Assembly (NCBI GenBank): GCA_950097015.1
Contig: CATNEN010000038.1
Coordinates: 24,552,001 to 24,616,000 of the forward strand
Length of the DNA stretch: 64,000 bases
Source: Macrostomum hystrix
Lineage: Eukaryota; Animalia; Platyhelminthes
Reading direction: 5' to 3'
A program made the position numbers and the translations under genes. Of the stretch, positions 23,901-37,784 are shown one piece after another (positions within the stretch are counted from its first letter, which is position 1; every line of letters begins with the position of its first letter). The notes beneath the pieces were generated by a model. It worked only from the letters and a program-made list of their open reading frames with translations, did not search any database and was not told where the DNA came from.

Positions 23901-25339
23901 AGGAGCACACGAAAAAATAACTAGAGAGAGAGAGAGAACCAATATTTAAAATCAGCATAATTTAAAGTGCCACATAATTTATTTTTTTTTCTTGAGCAAT
24001 TTTCTTTAAGCCTTGCTATTCTGCTACTAGTTTTAACATACCGAAAACAACAAACATTAAAATAGTAGAAGCTAAACTACAGTTACAGCTTCAAGCAATG
24101 ATAATAGAATCTACTGAATTAAAACTGAATCAAAGCAAAGTTTTAGTTCGCCGTTTAGGTTTAGACTAGCAAGTTTTGCCCGCCGAAGGGGGGGAGCAGA
24201 AATATTTTTCATTCGTCCAGTATATACTTTTTAGCGGCTGTATTTTCAGATTTTTTAAATCTACAATGATCCCCCAGTTGGCAATGATCCCCCAGTTGAC
24301 AATGATCCCCCAGTTGACAATGATCTGGATGTTGACAGTTGAAAACGAAAGAAATAATATTTATTCGCTCAAGTAAATAGTGCATGCATGTAACCATGGC
24401 AACAACAAAAATCAACGATTAAAAAATGATATTAGACACAAAAATGCCATCGAAATAGATTAAATACCCGATATTTCTAAAGCAAAATAAGACTATACAT
24501 ATACGCACTCACTGCAATTATTTAAAAGGTTTCAGCGCTTAAATATTTTATATGATATCAATCGTAAAAATTACGATTGATTAAGCGCTTAATTAAGGCA
24601 AATTAACACCTAGATAAATATAATGCTAATAAATATAGCGAATTTAGTGCAAAATATGTATGTTTTATTCCTTCATGCTAAAATCAGTTAAAATAAATTA
24701 GTTTTTGCCTAAGAAACTAGGAAGGTTTGGTAGCTTGAGAATGAATCTGAGATCTGAGTTAACGATTTAATCTGATAATCTTTAAAGTTAACGATTCAAT
24801 CTAAGAAAAAATGAAATTAACGATTTTATCTGAGGATCAGAGATGTGGAAGTCTTCTGTGATGTTGAAGGTTTAACCGTTGAGGGTTAAACTCAGCACAA
24901 ACCTACGACATAGTTAAAAGTGTGACAAAAAAAATTGTAATTACAAGGCAGTATAATTACGGTTGGTCTTAGCTGCAGCAAGCTGCAGCCGAAATACACC
25001 AAGGAAAATGTAAATCAGTGGATGATTCACGAGTATATAAAATGAAGTGAAAAAACATATTTGAGAGAGTTTAAATTTGCTCTAGAAAGCCAACCAAAAA
25101 ACGAAAAAAATATTTTTTATAAATCTGATTAATTGGCAGAAAATAGCATAGTAAAGATAATAAAAGATTAAATATGTTCGGTATAGATTCAGAGTAATGT
25201 ATTCTCTAATAAAATAATTTAAATACAAACACGACAAAAGCTAGACGTCAAACAATAGTAAAATATACTCGTAGTAGTATAGTAGTATACTCGTAGTATG
25301 TAACATTAAGCGACTAAATATGCTATTTTAGGACAAAGT

Positions 25340-25523
25340 AGGGTGGGTTAACAGTTTATGATGCGGTGATAGAACAGGTGGGTCAACAGGTGATGATGCG
25401 GTGATGGAACAGGTGGGTTAACAGGTGATGATGCGGTGATGGAACAGGTGGGTCTACAGGTGATGATGCGGGGAAGGAACAGGTGGGTCTACAGGTGATG
25501 ATGCGGGGAAGGAACAGGTGGGT
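25340..25523. repeat. 33-bp minisatellite downstream of TAPT1
   Basis: Repeated ACAGGTGATGATGCGG..GGAACAGGTGGGT. Confidence 0.85.
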
Positions 25524-25747
25524 CCATAGTTGGGTAAACAGTAGAAAGATCACGCTATTTTTCATGTTGAATATCTCGACGATGCCGATATTTTGTGATT
25601 CTGGAAGTTGTTTAATCGGAGAGAACAGAAAATTTTAGCCCGTGTTCTGGATATTCATGGCGTCTGGTATAACACTTTGATATACAGAAATAATGTGGGT
25701 ATGTGAAATACCCCGTGGTATTTCTACTGTTGACAGGCTGTTTCACG

Positions 25748-28043
25748 TCAAACAATAGCATTTGAGTACATCGAATATCGATCAACTGTCAGCGGCTCGC
25801 AGGAGCTCTCTGTCCGACGCCGGTGTCGCAACTCTGGCGTCTCGCCGACATCGCTGTGACGTCGTTCGTGGCCAGGATTGGCGACAGATTCGTGAACAGC
25901 AGCTGGCACTGACGGACTGTTGGAGTCTGGCTCGGCAGCAGCATTGGCGGCAGCTGAGGACAATAGTTCGCCACTGATGTCGGCGGCTGTTGCTAAGTCG
26001 CTGCAGCTGCGATAATTCCGTCTGAGCAGCTGCAGGCAGCCGTAATAGTCGTCTATGTTAAAATCTGTCGAACCGGTTCCGGCAACATCGCCTCCGGCTT
26101 CGTCAGCATTGGCGTCGCCTGACTGCTGCTGCTGCTGCTGCTGTTGCTGAGCAGTTAGAATAATCTGATCGGCATACGAGTGCAAGCATCGACCAACGGC
26201 TAGTTTAAGCAATACTAGAATAGGAAACACTAGTCCAGCTAGGCACAGGCCATTCAACCATCTGGCAACCTCAGGTAGAGCCTGGTAAATACTCATAGCA
26301 ACCAGTACAAACAGCGGCATGGGCGTTAATCCCATTCGACGATTGAGGCTTAGATACTGCCGGTGGGAACGCATTCTACGTAGGTCTAATGCTACTCGCA
26401 ATGAAAATGAACGATAAATGCTAGCCGGTAGTTCGTTAAATTTGGCAATGAAAGCGTGCTTGACAGCGTCAACAACGAGTTCGGTTAGTAGGACAATCAG
26501 AGCGTCCGGGCAGATGTCAACAAAGTGAGACAGCTCCCAGTTAACGGCGCGCATATTGCGCAATAGTACTATGAGTAGTAGCACAGCGCAGTGGAATCTT
26601 TCGCGTATATCGGCGCACGCCAATTGGAACATGTTCTCTTCGGCGAACTTGCGAAATACGCTGCCTTTTAATTCCACAAAATTATTCGACATTATGATAG
26701 TTAGAAGGGTGCGATTGTGAGAATTAAAGCCTACATTCAATGTTAAAGCTTGCAATAGCATCAGACAGCTGTGTAGAGTCACTACGACAACGCTTAGAGC
26801 CCAATTGAGTAGCAATAGCCAGTTGGATTCGTGAGGTTTGGCAATGGTGAATGCTAGGCCATCAAGCACGTCCTGACTAACAGCAGATAACAGCCTATCA
26901 GCGATCTCTAGCATGTTGAAGAATATGTATAGTTTAATCACTGACTGGCTGCGTATGAAGTGGTAAATAACGCTGGCGTCGGTTAGTTGTACAATTAGGC
27001 ACGTAGTCACTACTATTAGTAGGCCGTGCAGCAGATCCGACTTTTGAGAGTGCAGCAGGCTGAAAGATTTTGCAAAATATTAACAAATATAGAACAATCT
27101 AGAAAACATTAAAATGTCAAAATGTACCAACATATTTTGATATGATAGGCACTCAAAAAATGAAGGAAGAGGGAAAATGATCCCCAGCATTGAAGGAACA
27201 GGGAAAATGATCTCAAGCAATGAAGGAACAGAGAAAATGATCCCCAGCAATGAAGGAACAGGGAAAATGATCTCAAGCAATGAAGGAACAGAGAAAATGA
27301 TCCCCAGCAATGAAGGAACAGAGAAAATGATCCCCAGCAATGAAGGAACAGAGAAAATGATCCCCAGCAATGGAGGAACAGGGAAAATGATCCCCAGCAA
27401 TGAAGGAACAGAGAAAATGATCCCCAGCAATGAAGGAACAGAGAAAATGATCCCCAGCAATGAAGGAACAGAGAAAATGATCCCCAGCATTGAAGGAACA
27501 GAGAAAATGATCCCCAGCAATGAAGGAACAGAGAAAATGATCCCCAGCAATGAAGGAACAGAAAAAATGATCCCCAGCAATGAAGGAACAGAGAAAATAA
27601 TCCCCAGCAATGAAGGAACAGAGAAAATGATCCCCAGCAATGAAGGAACAGGGAAATTGATCCTATGCACAGAATTCCTAGAAAACTACAGCAGAAGTGT
27701 CATTCGCAACTTACCTAGCCTGTCCAGACAGAACGCGCCAACAAGCGTAGGCGCACCTCAAAGGCAGAACAGTGCACAAATGCAGGAGTGTGTCTAAACA
27801 GGTGAGAAGGCCAAATTGAATAAACCACTCCATGGCTAGTGGAATAGTCAGAAATGTGTACACTCGGTGTCGATGCGCTCGAAGCTTCTCGTCATCGTCT
27901 GGCCCGCCGTAGGCTGCTGTCACCTCGGCTCGAAGAGACGACCAAAAGCTGCGCCGAGGTGGCGGTGTCAGCAGAGGACCGCCAATGTGCTGCTGCTGCT
28001 GCTGCTGCTGCTGCAGCACAGGCTTGCTTGGCGAAAAGTGATG
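25748..28043 (-). CDS. TAPT1: TAPT1 / Emp65 (DUF747) multipass membrane protein; 5' exon unresolved
   Basis: Exons 28043-27715 and 27059-25748, phase-2 intron, 546 codons. Motifs RVYTFLTIP..FGLLTCLD..LPLR, YHFIRSQSVIKLYIFFNMLEIADRL, SNNFVELKGSVFRKF, DIRERFH, VDAVKHAFIAKFN. Candidate first exon 34823-34761 (phase 0, weak GTTGGA donor). Confidence 0.88.
27160..27663. repeat. 30-bp minisatellite TGATCCCCAGCAATGAAGGAACAGAGAAAA in the TAPT1 intron
   Basis: About 16 tandem units. Confidence 0.95.
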
Positions 28044-31000
28044 CTGCAATTTTAGTTCAAATATATACTTCAATGTTAATATCATCATTAATTTCTACAT
28101 ATTTCCTAGGTTGCATTACACAGTTGTTTTATTAATTTTCAGATGCATTTGTATAGGTAAGGGCAGCTGTACTTATTTGTTAAAGTCTGCCATAGATTAT
28201 ATAGTAGGATATACTCTTTCAGTTGGTAGGAGAAGCGCTGCATTTGAGTCTTCTCACAACTCCAAGAGGTTGTTTTTGACAAGCATCTTTTTCATACCCA
28301 TGACATGCCATTTTTAGCTCTATAATCTTAAAAAAAAATTTTGCACAAATTGGTGGCATAATTTTTTTTGTAACATTTTAATTATTAAATAAAAATAGTC
28401 CAACATAAAGTTCTATATCCAAAGCTTATCTGAGGTGTATCAGAGTGTTTCATATTTTAGGGTTGTTAGAGATCTATAATATGGCTTTATCCTGTGCGTA
28501 AAGTAACAGTCTCATGACTAAATGGTCATGGATTTAATTCCCAACTGTGCATTGAAATAATTGTCTTTTGGCAATGTACTTGACATTGCAAGTTAACAGC
28601 TCACCCCATGCTCTAGTCAGGAAGGCAACAGTTTGTTCAGAAAAAAATTGGCACACTGGTAATTTTCTGGTACACACAAGTGCACACCAACACAAGCTGG
28701 GATAAGCCTATGTAGACTACAGTGTTTGGTTTGGACAACAGTGTTTCACCATTGCTGGGATCATATAATGAAAGTTAATATAGACATTGGTATATAGAAA
28801 ACAACTATAGTATATTTGCTTGGTCCTATAACACATTCTACTCACTCATGTTACATTATACCTGCATAAAAAATTTCATATGTTTTTGGGGAATTTTATT
28901 ACAAAACTTATGAAAATCCTAAGTTTTGCTTTCTGTTTTATATTTTTTAACTCTTTGACTGTCTTTTAGAGATGGGTATGGTATAAGAAAAATGCTTAGA
29001 AATAGGGATTCTAAATCAAAAGAATGGGTTAGAATACCAGCTTTCATAGGCATAGGAACAATTTGATATATGGGGCACTTAAACTTCCAAAGTTTACAAA
29101 GGTCTAATTTTTCATGTTATTTATAATATTAAATTATCAATTCATGCAATGCAGAAAAAGTTAAAGTAAATTACCAAACAATAAAATTAAATAATAATAA
29201 TAAACTATATTTTTATTTTAAAATAAGGGGCAGAGTTAATAGTTTCTGGACATATCACCATCTGCTTTTTTGTTATATTAAACATTCATCATTCATGTTT
29301 CAGATTAGACACTTTATAATTTAGCAGAATTGACAAATCTTAAAGTTAAAGTTAGGTCAGTTGACTTGACTGATAGTTGTCAATACTTACTGTATACAGA
29401 AAACTGAGGGCAAACTTGGAGGGTTCTAGGAATTCACAAATGTTAAAATTAATTTTTTTAATTGATGTAATTTAATTTCATATCATAAAACAAAAGGAAA
29501 TAGAATCATTATAAGCCATATAGTTTGTTAGATGCTTGTAGACAGACTGGGGAAATCTAGTAGCCTAATGAAGTAGATAGCAAAGAAAATTACTAGGCTA
29601 GGCCTACTGATTATTGTGGTGGATAATTGAAAACTTAAAATATTTTATTTTTAATTTTGCATGAAGCAAAAGGACAACAATTAAACAAGATTACAACAAT
29701 AAGCTTGCTGGAATTGGTTGGACATGCACCCTACGAAAAAATCATAGAGATGACAGTGTCTACAAGTCTTGGTCACTATGTCATCAACCCTCTGAAACCC
29801 AGGACACTGTCACCCAGATTACAAAAAGCAGATGACAAAGTGTGCAGGAACCAAGTTATTTCCCCCACTGCCCCACTTCAAGAAGTGGGAGGCCATGGCC
29901 TCACTGTCCCTAGAATTGCTACACCCATGTTTAGTTTTGTTGAAAGTATTTTATGAGCTAACTAAGAGATAATTTACAGATCATTATTGAATATTGCAGT
30001 AGGCCTATACACAACTCACATTAGAATGAGTATGCTTAGGCCTTTAAACTATTATTGTCAAATATCGATCTTGATATTATTTAGGAAACAAATTCAAAGG
30101 GCTTCATTTTTTTAGCTAGATTATTTATACTTATGAGTCACTAAACTTTATACGCAATTGAAATATACTGAATTATTGTACATAATCATCTGTGCTCTCA
30201 TAGCAAAATGCCAAATGGCACTACAAGTCCTGCAAAAAGACTCCAATACAAAAAGACAGAAGCCAATTGAAAACGTTGATAATTTCACTTCTGATTAAAA
30301 TGTTTTTTTGCTAACTTTTATAATAATAATTCGACGTTCTTCTTAGCCTCAGAATACAGTGACACGGATACAGGACACGCAATTATAGCGAATCGCGCCA
30401 AATTAGATCAAAATTCTGCGATCATGATTTCTTAGAACAAAAAAGTTGGCTTTACGCCAAAACTCTAAAAAGTTTAAATTTTGGCTAAATTTTATGATTT
30501 ATTGGTAGTTGAATGAGGTCAACTATTTTGGCCTCTAACCAAAAAAATTATTGCAAGTGAGGCAGCGTAATAATTATCAAAACATTGTAAAGTCAAATTG
30601 GCGCGAAATAATGTTACCGTATAATTTTTGTTTAAATGGTTCCGTGTTTTAGTGGGGTACGCCACCCCAATGTGATCCTATAAATATAGAGGGAATTTTA
30701 GGAGAAAGACAACATGAGTTCCGCGCTCACTCGCGAGTTAAACAGTGTTTTACATATTATCGTTAAAAGTGTCTTACTCATTTCATACCTCCCTATTGAG
30801 ACAAAGCCAAGCTGTAATAGAACTAAAAAGGAGTTATTCAAATTGTGTAATTGACTGGGCAACTCTAGTCCATTGGTAACCTGATTAAGACTGGAAACTC
30901 AAATCAGTACGTATTGTAGCAAATTTACCAATAAAGTTTGTGCGTTATGACCAGTATTAATTAAGTGTCTTGCCGCTCGGACACACGTACATCGCTACCT

Positions 31001-31299
31001 ATAGATATAACAGACAACAAGAGGTCTTTCCTTTCAAAAGCTGATACTTAGAAGTCATTTATGAATAAATAAACCCACAGTTAAGATAATCCTACCAAAA
31101 ATTTACAAACTAAACCTTAAGTAATTAGAGATTAATAGAGGAAAAGCAAAAAGGTAAAAGGGCCCTACCACACAAGAAAATTATAATTCTCAAATTCTTC
31201 ATTCACAGTTTTATCGCTCAGGTTGCATCTTGCATGACCAAAAGTTGAGCTTGTCGATTCATTGATAATGTTCTAGAATTGTACCGACTGTAATGAATA

Positions 31300-32200
31300 G
31301 CAGTAGCAGAAGAGACCAAAAGCGATCAGTCTAAATTTTAGCGAAAGGTCCGAAATATGAGTGGGACAAGCTAAGCAATATTCGGCCTGTCAGCTGTGTG
31401 TCAATTTCATTGCAATCATCGGATCTGTCCGAATTGTCAGTAACTGTCTTGATCATCAACCTCTGGTGTTGGAATTTCTTTTTGTTCTTGGAAAGTGTCC
31501 TCCTGTGACTGCCGCAGTCTCAACATCATCGATCAAGTATCCTATAGCTATATATAGCCTTTTGATTGCAGCGAAATACCGAGCAATGTAACTCAAGTGT
31601 CTTCCATGTTTAGCAGTGCCAATTCCAAGCAAAAATTTGAAGTTCTTTGAACGCGGAGTATTTTGATAATCGATTCGAATGTTTGCAAGACTTCTGCGAA
31701 AGTGCAAGCTGGGACAGAAAATCTTAATTACAAATTTGCAAACGAACTCTAGCTGTCTTGATACATAAGGGCCGTGATCCTGCATCCACTACTACTACGT
31801 ATAGTATACTCTGCCCGCTGACAGATAGAATATTCTGTCAGCGAATGACTCGACCAGTGGACAACATGCTCACGAGCAGCAAGCGGCCTTTTTTTAAGTC
31901 CGTCAACATCAGTCACAGTCGTCTGTTCGAGACGTCATCGAAATGCATCAATTCAATTGCATATTTGATCGTCCGCAACACAACCACACGCGCACGGCTG
32001 ACCAATTGATGCAAAAAGAATCGACAATGCTCGCTTCAAGCTGCAATGTCAGGTTTTGGACAATCGATTGGACCATCGAAGGCCGCTAAACCACAAGTGG
32101 CTGCAGTGCATTGACCCGAAAGAGCTCGCAAGGGTAGATTTTCCAGCTTTTTTATTGTTGCCCACGACGACAGGCTCTATTTAATTATTGGTTAGAATTT
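31300..32200 (-). pseudogene. Possible heavily degraded hAT-type transposase relic
   Basis: Stop- and frameshift-broken fragments HCSHLWF and VTLLGISLQSK..AIGYLIDDV resemble hAT HCxAHxLNL and T..LS..LQ motifs. Weak; boundaries approximate. Confidence 0.3.
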
Positions 32201-35200
32201 AGTTAAAACAGGAGTTGAAAGATTAAAACTAATGTAAGTAATAACGTCTATTTGACGAAAAGACTGGGGCAGCTAGGTCACTAGTTCGAATTTATGAGTT
32301 ATGTACAATAGTTCTCACAAAAATACGTCTTTGCTCGACTAGGGGGGATTTTTCTGACAATACAAGCGTAAAGTCTGCTGGGAGTCCTAATATCCGCTCA
32401 AAAAGGGAATTTTCAGCTTTGCATTTGGTTAAAAAGATATAAGTATGGCTATGTTAATACATAGCCAGATATAAACTTGTCTGAGCCTCTATGCACTGTC
32501 ATGTGAGTACAGTGGAGTGGCAAATCATTGAAAACCGCGAACAAACTTTCGATCGATAATTATTTTCGAAGCCGAGAAAGAACAAAATCAGTTGCTTCTT
32601 TGTGGGTAGTTTCGCATTAATCTTGGACAGACTGCATTCATTGCTGGATATCTGCTTCGTAACCCTTAAGTGCGCGGACACGAGAGGAAATTGTGAACAG
32701 TCTTTAAATAGCTCGTAATTCGCATTTCGCCGGCTTGGTTTTTTAATTGGCCTTGTACGTGTAGCCTGCACAGCACTATATAAATCGAGGTGTGCAATCA
32801 TCTGCATCATGGTCGTTCGTTTCCGCTTTTATAATGATGTCGTCAAGATATATTAAATGTCAATCTCATATCGGCAAAAAAGGCGGAACACCTTAAGTTA
32901 AGCAAAGTTTTCCGGAGCTGTACGTGTCTTTATCCCAAACGGGACGACTATAATTCCATCTATAGATGTTCCTTGCGGATACGAAAAATAAGTTAAGTCT
33001 CGGTCTCTTCTGTCCTCCCTTGACTTAATTGCCAGTAGGCCGATGTCAGCTGTCGAGAGGCTGGTGAACACGTAATTTTCACTGAAAACACTGAAAACAC
33101 TGAAGAGTCAGCTAGGCTATCAAAATGATTCTTCGATTAATGACAGGGGACTGTAAGGCCGGATTAATATGTTAACCCTCCTATAATCCTTCTTGACCAG
33201 GACAATGACGAAGCCCAATCGGAATTGCATTAGCCCGAATGATATGTCGCGCCGGAGCGATACGGGGTGGCAATCCTTAATTGTCAACCAGAGTGCAATC
33301 GACATTACGTACGTGTAACTTTGTCCGACCAAACCTTTACATGTGTAAGTGTGACGTCAACTAACTCGAAGTCAGGCTCGATTTGTCCCGAGGCGGAACT
33401 GCAGTTTAACAGCTGTAGGGGCAGCTTGGTTTAACAGTGTGTAAAGTAATCCAGTGCAAATATGATTTCGGTGGCCCACTGATTTGGAGTGGAGCGAGAT
33501 TCGCAGTGAAGCAGATCACTTTAAGTTGATAAATAGCATATACACTGAAGTTATTTACAATTGTTTGACTAATTGAAAAAAGAACGAGCGGAGCGTGAGG
33601 AAGTGCCATACGATAGTTCCCCTGACAGCTATTACAGAAGTGACAGATCTGTCCCCATTTGGGAATGGGATGGACTCAATAATCTCATTAGCCACCTATA
33701 GCTATCATATAGATTACAAATAGTGCAAATAGGTTTAGAGTTGTGTATACATGGCCATAGTCATAGCTGTCAGCGTTAATATTCAAAGTCAAAGTCCTTA
33801 TCATAGTAATTTAGAAATAGTAATATAGTCAGTCAATCACGTTCAGTAGGAGTAGGAAGTAGGAGTCGGCTGGAGTAGGAAGATTTTGGTGCTATTTTCC
33901 ACAGATTTGGTCACCATGATTCTAAGAGTTGAAATGCAAATTATACGGTGCATCAAATAGAGCATAGAGCACCGCGAGAGGTCAAAAATTCATAGCAGAT
34001 GGAGGGGCAGGGTGAAGTCCGGATAATGGAGTATTGTAAAGACTGGAGAGAATCGGAAAAGACTAGAGAAAACCAGCGGACCATTATGAGATAAAAAGAT
34101 AAAAATAATATTATAATTTAAAAAGTAAAAAACAGAGGCAAACCCACAAACGCGGGCACGTAAAAGACTGAATTTTTTTAATACAGACTGACGATGAAAG
34201 AAAGACTAAGCATAGGTCTACTGGCGCAGACAGGGCCGCGGCCAGGTCAATACAATGGGCTCGAGATGTTGCAAATCCGAGAGATCTGAGGGAGAGAAGA
34301 CTGCACCCCCAAAAGGGAGCCCATGGCAACTAAACAATTAAGCAACTGTGGCTGGATAAATTGGACAAAGACGAAAGAAAAGAAAAGAAAAGTAGCTATA
34401 TCTCATTTAAAAAGACATTCTATCCCACCCAAAGCGATCTAACGCAACCAATGTAGTTCGCATTAAATGAACCTCCCCAATTTTAGAGCCAATTGTCTTG
34501 CATGGCAACCTATCGCATTGGGTTTACGTAAAAAACTATAGCGGGAAGTCCTGTAGTGCCCATAAGAAAAATATAGGAATCTATAACAAATTCTTGCGTT
34601 GCTAACAACACCACCTCAGGGAGAGGGGTGGAAAAATACAAAATGCTATTATAAAAGCAAAAGCACGCCCCAGAGAGACCGTAACTCCGAAAGTTATCGA
34701 CATCGTAAAAGAAAGATACACAGCTAAAAGCTTTTGTTTTTTTATTCTCTTTTGTCCAACGAATCCGATTGGATCACTGGAACGTGGCGATCTCAAAATA
34801 GGATCATGATGATTGTGAATCATGACAAATAACCCTCAGCCGACCGACTTGGAAAATCTCAATGAAGCCTAAACTGTAGAATTTTACAGTTTTACTATAT
34901 TTTTAAGCTATTAATTATAGTTAGGCCCTATAAAGCACTTTAGGCCATTTAAATCATTTAGACACTCTAAATCATCTATGCCCAAGCCCAAGGGCTGTAA
35001 ACTTATTTTTAGCGAAAAACAAAAAAGCGAATATCGACGTCATAAATTAACGTGTATTAGGCCACCCGACGGCAGAGGTCTAGACGGGGAAAAAGCTTAA
35101 AATATCTCCCGTCTAGCCTGGAAAAAGCTCGTCTGTTAAGCTTTCTTCTATGGACTAGACCGGAAAAAGCTCATCTGTTTTAACTAACTAGTACTTCAAT

Positions 35201-35919
35201 GCAGCAAGGCTAGAAATTAAGCGATTTATTGTGTTTTGTTTAACCTGTTAAAAATCCTAAATTTTGAAATACGACTTTGTTTTAAAGTGCTGTTTGAATA
35301 AAAACGAATTTAAAATTCATCAGCACGGGGCTGGCAGTATATGATTCATTATCAGGTTTGATGTTACTTGCAGAATTTACAAGCTAGTCAGTTGCTTTAA
35401 AGCTATACATAGATGTGACTTACATTGTATGGTGAAGTTGAAGATTGCTTTTTGTCGAATATGAATTTTCTTGTAATGTAACAGTAAAGCCACTATATTA
35501 CTACTTGCTAGATTAGAAAGTTGTAGTAACAGGTTACAGGAATTAACTATTAACTCAGGTTCTTTAGCTTTATGGGCTTTTTCTGATGTGAAACTTTTGT
35601 TAAGTAGAAATCAAGCTAGGCTATGCCTAGGCACGATATATTTTCTAAACATTTGATCTATTTATCCAATAATGTGCTGATAAATTATATAAATACTGTT
35701 TAGTTATAGCTTTTTTGTTATTATAAATGCTAGTTAGTAGTTATATAAAAAATTATATGGCACTCATTTGCATGAAGAAAATTTATTGAATTGTTCTAAA
35801 CTACCAAATAGCTTTTTATGTTATGATCTAGTCATATTTGTTAATTTAGAGACATTATCTATATTAGTATTAAATACATTTTACAATATAAAGTATAACA
35901 TATATATATACTATATTTA

Positions 35920-37430
35920 TCCAGTCCTCCTCGCTACCCAGCCCTCTAGTCCTCCTAGATATCCTGCCCCTAGCTGTCTAGTCCTAGCTAGCAATCTTGC
36001 CCCCCTAGCTGGCCAGTCCTAGTTAGCTATCCTGGCCCCTAGCTGTCCAGTCCTAGCTAGCTATCCTGCCCCCTAGCTGTCCAGTCCTAGCTAGCTATTG
36101 TGCCCAGTGCCCCCCTAACTGCCTAGTCCTAGCTAGCTATCCTGCCACCCCTAGCTAGCTATCCTGCCCACTAGCTGTCCAGTCCTTGCTAGAAATCTTG
36201 CCCCCCCCTAGCTGGCCAGTCCTAGCTAGCTATCCAGGCCCCCCCTAGCTAGCTATCCTGCCCACTAGCTGTCCAGTCCTAGCTAGCAATCTTGCCCCCC
36301 CTAGCTAGCAATCCTGCCCCCCTAGCTGTCCAGTCCTAGCTAGCTATCCTGCCCCCTAGCTGTCCAGTCCTAGCTAGCTATTGTGCCCAGTGCCCCCCAA
36401 CTGCCTAGTCCTAGCTAGCTATCCTGCCACCCCTAGCTAGCTATCCTGCCCACTAGCTGTCCAGTCCTAGCTAGAAATCTTGCCCCCCCTAGCTGGCCAG
36501 TCCTAGCTAGCTATCATGCCCCCCTAGCTAGCTATCCTGCCCCCCTAGCTAGCTATCCTGCCCCCCCTAGCTAGCTATCCTGCCCCCCTAGCTAGCTATC
36601 CTGCCCCCCTAGCTAGCTATCCTGCCCCCCTAGCTAGCTATCCTGCCCCCCTAGCTAGCTATCCTGCCCCCCTAGCTAGCTATCCTGCCCCCTAGCTGTC
36701 CAGTCCTAGCTAGCAATCTTGCCCCCCTAGCTGTCTAGTCCTAGCTAGCTATCCTGCCCCCTAGCTGGCCAGTCCTAGCTAGCAATCCTGGCCCCTAGCT
36801 GGCCAGTCCTAGCTAGCTATCCTGGCCCCTAGCTGTCCAGTCCTAGCTAGCTATCCTGCCCCCTAGCTGTCCAGTCCTAGCTAGCTATTGTGCCCAGTGC
36901 CCCCCTAACTGCCCAGTCCTAGCTAGCAATCCTGGCCCCTAGCTGGCCAGTCCTAGCTAGCTATCCTGGCCCCTAGCTGTCCAGTCCTAGCTCGCTATCC
37001 TGCCCCCTAGCTGTCCAGTCCTAGCTAGCTATTGTGCCCAGTGCCCCCCTAACTGCCTAGTCCTAGCTAGCTATCCTGCCCCCCTAGCTGTCCAGTCCTA
37101 GCTAGCTATCCTGCCCCATAGCTGTCCAGTCCTAGCTAGAAATCTTGCCACCCCCCTAGGTGGCCAGTCCTAGCTAGCTATCCTGCCCCCCTTAGCTAGC
37201 TATCCTGCCCCCCTAGCTAGCTATCCTGCCCCCCTAGCTAGCTATCCTGCCCCCCCTAGATAGCTATCCTGCCCCCCCTAGATAGCTATCCTGCCCCCTA
37301 GCTGTCCATTCCTAGCTAGCTTTTCTGCCCCCCTAGCTGTCCAGTCCTAGCTAGCTATCCTGCCCCCCCACTAGCTGTCTAGTCCTATCTTGCCTCCCTA
37401 GCTTTCTAGTCCTAGCTAGCTATCCAGTCC
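35920..37430. repeat. Left subterminal array (CTAGCTAGCTATCCTGCCCCC / CTAGCTGTCCAGTC modules)
   Basis: Modular tandem array mirrored at 48540-49400. Confidence 0.92.
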
Positions 37431-37784
37431 AGTCCAGTATTTATACAAGAATACTTTTTTTCTTTATAATTTATTATAAAGAATAATTTATTAAACTTGG
37501 TTTATGATTTTATATTGCTAACCGAGGCACTATTTCGAAGTGATTAAATAAGGCTATATATATTTGATTTCCTAAACTATTATATGACAAATGAGATACA
37601 ATTCATATTTCATTTAATTACTTAAATTAAGATAAATCTCCAGTTATGAGCAACCTGCCAACCTTACCAGGGTAGCTATACCAACCACTAGCTAGAAGGT
37701 TATATTTATATACTACAAGCTGTGGCCTATAAAGCTGGATTTAACGAAGTCATTTATTATGTTCCCTTTATATGACACGGACCC

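Noticed and set aside
23546-23949. Repeat ORFs and a hammerhead-like CTGATGAG..CTCGAC motif
   Set aside because: 30-bp minisatellite; lacks the GAAA core and stem III/cleavage triplet.
27080-27797. Hydrophobic and charged repeat ORFs
   Set aside because: 30-bp intronic minisatellite of TAPT1.
28100-31300. Short ORFs and possible degenerate SINE/MITE pieces
   Set aside because: AT-rich and too decayed to define boundaries or a family by eye.
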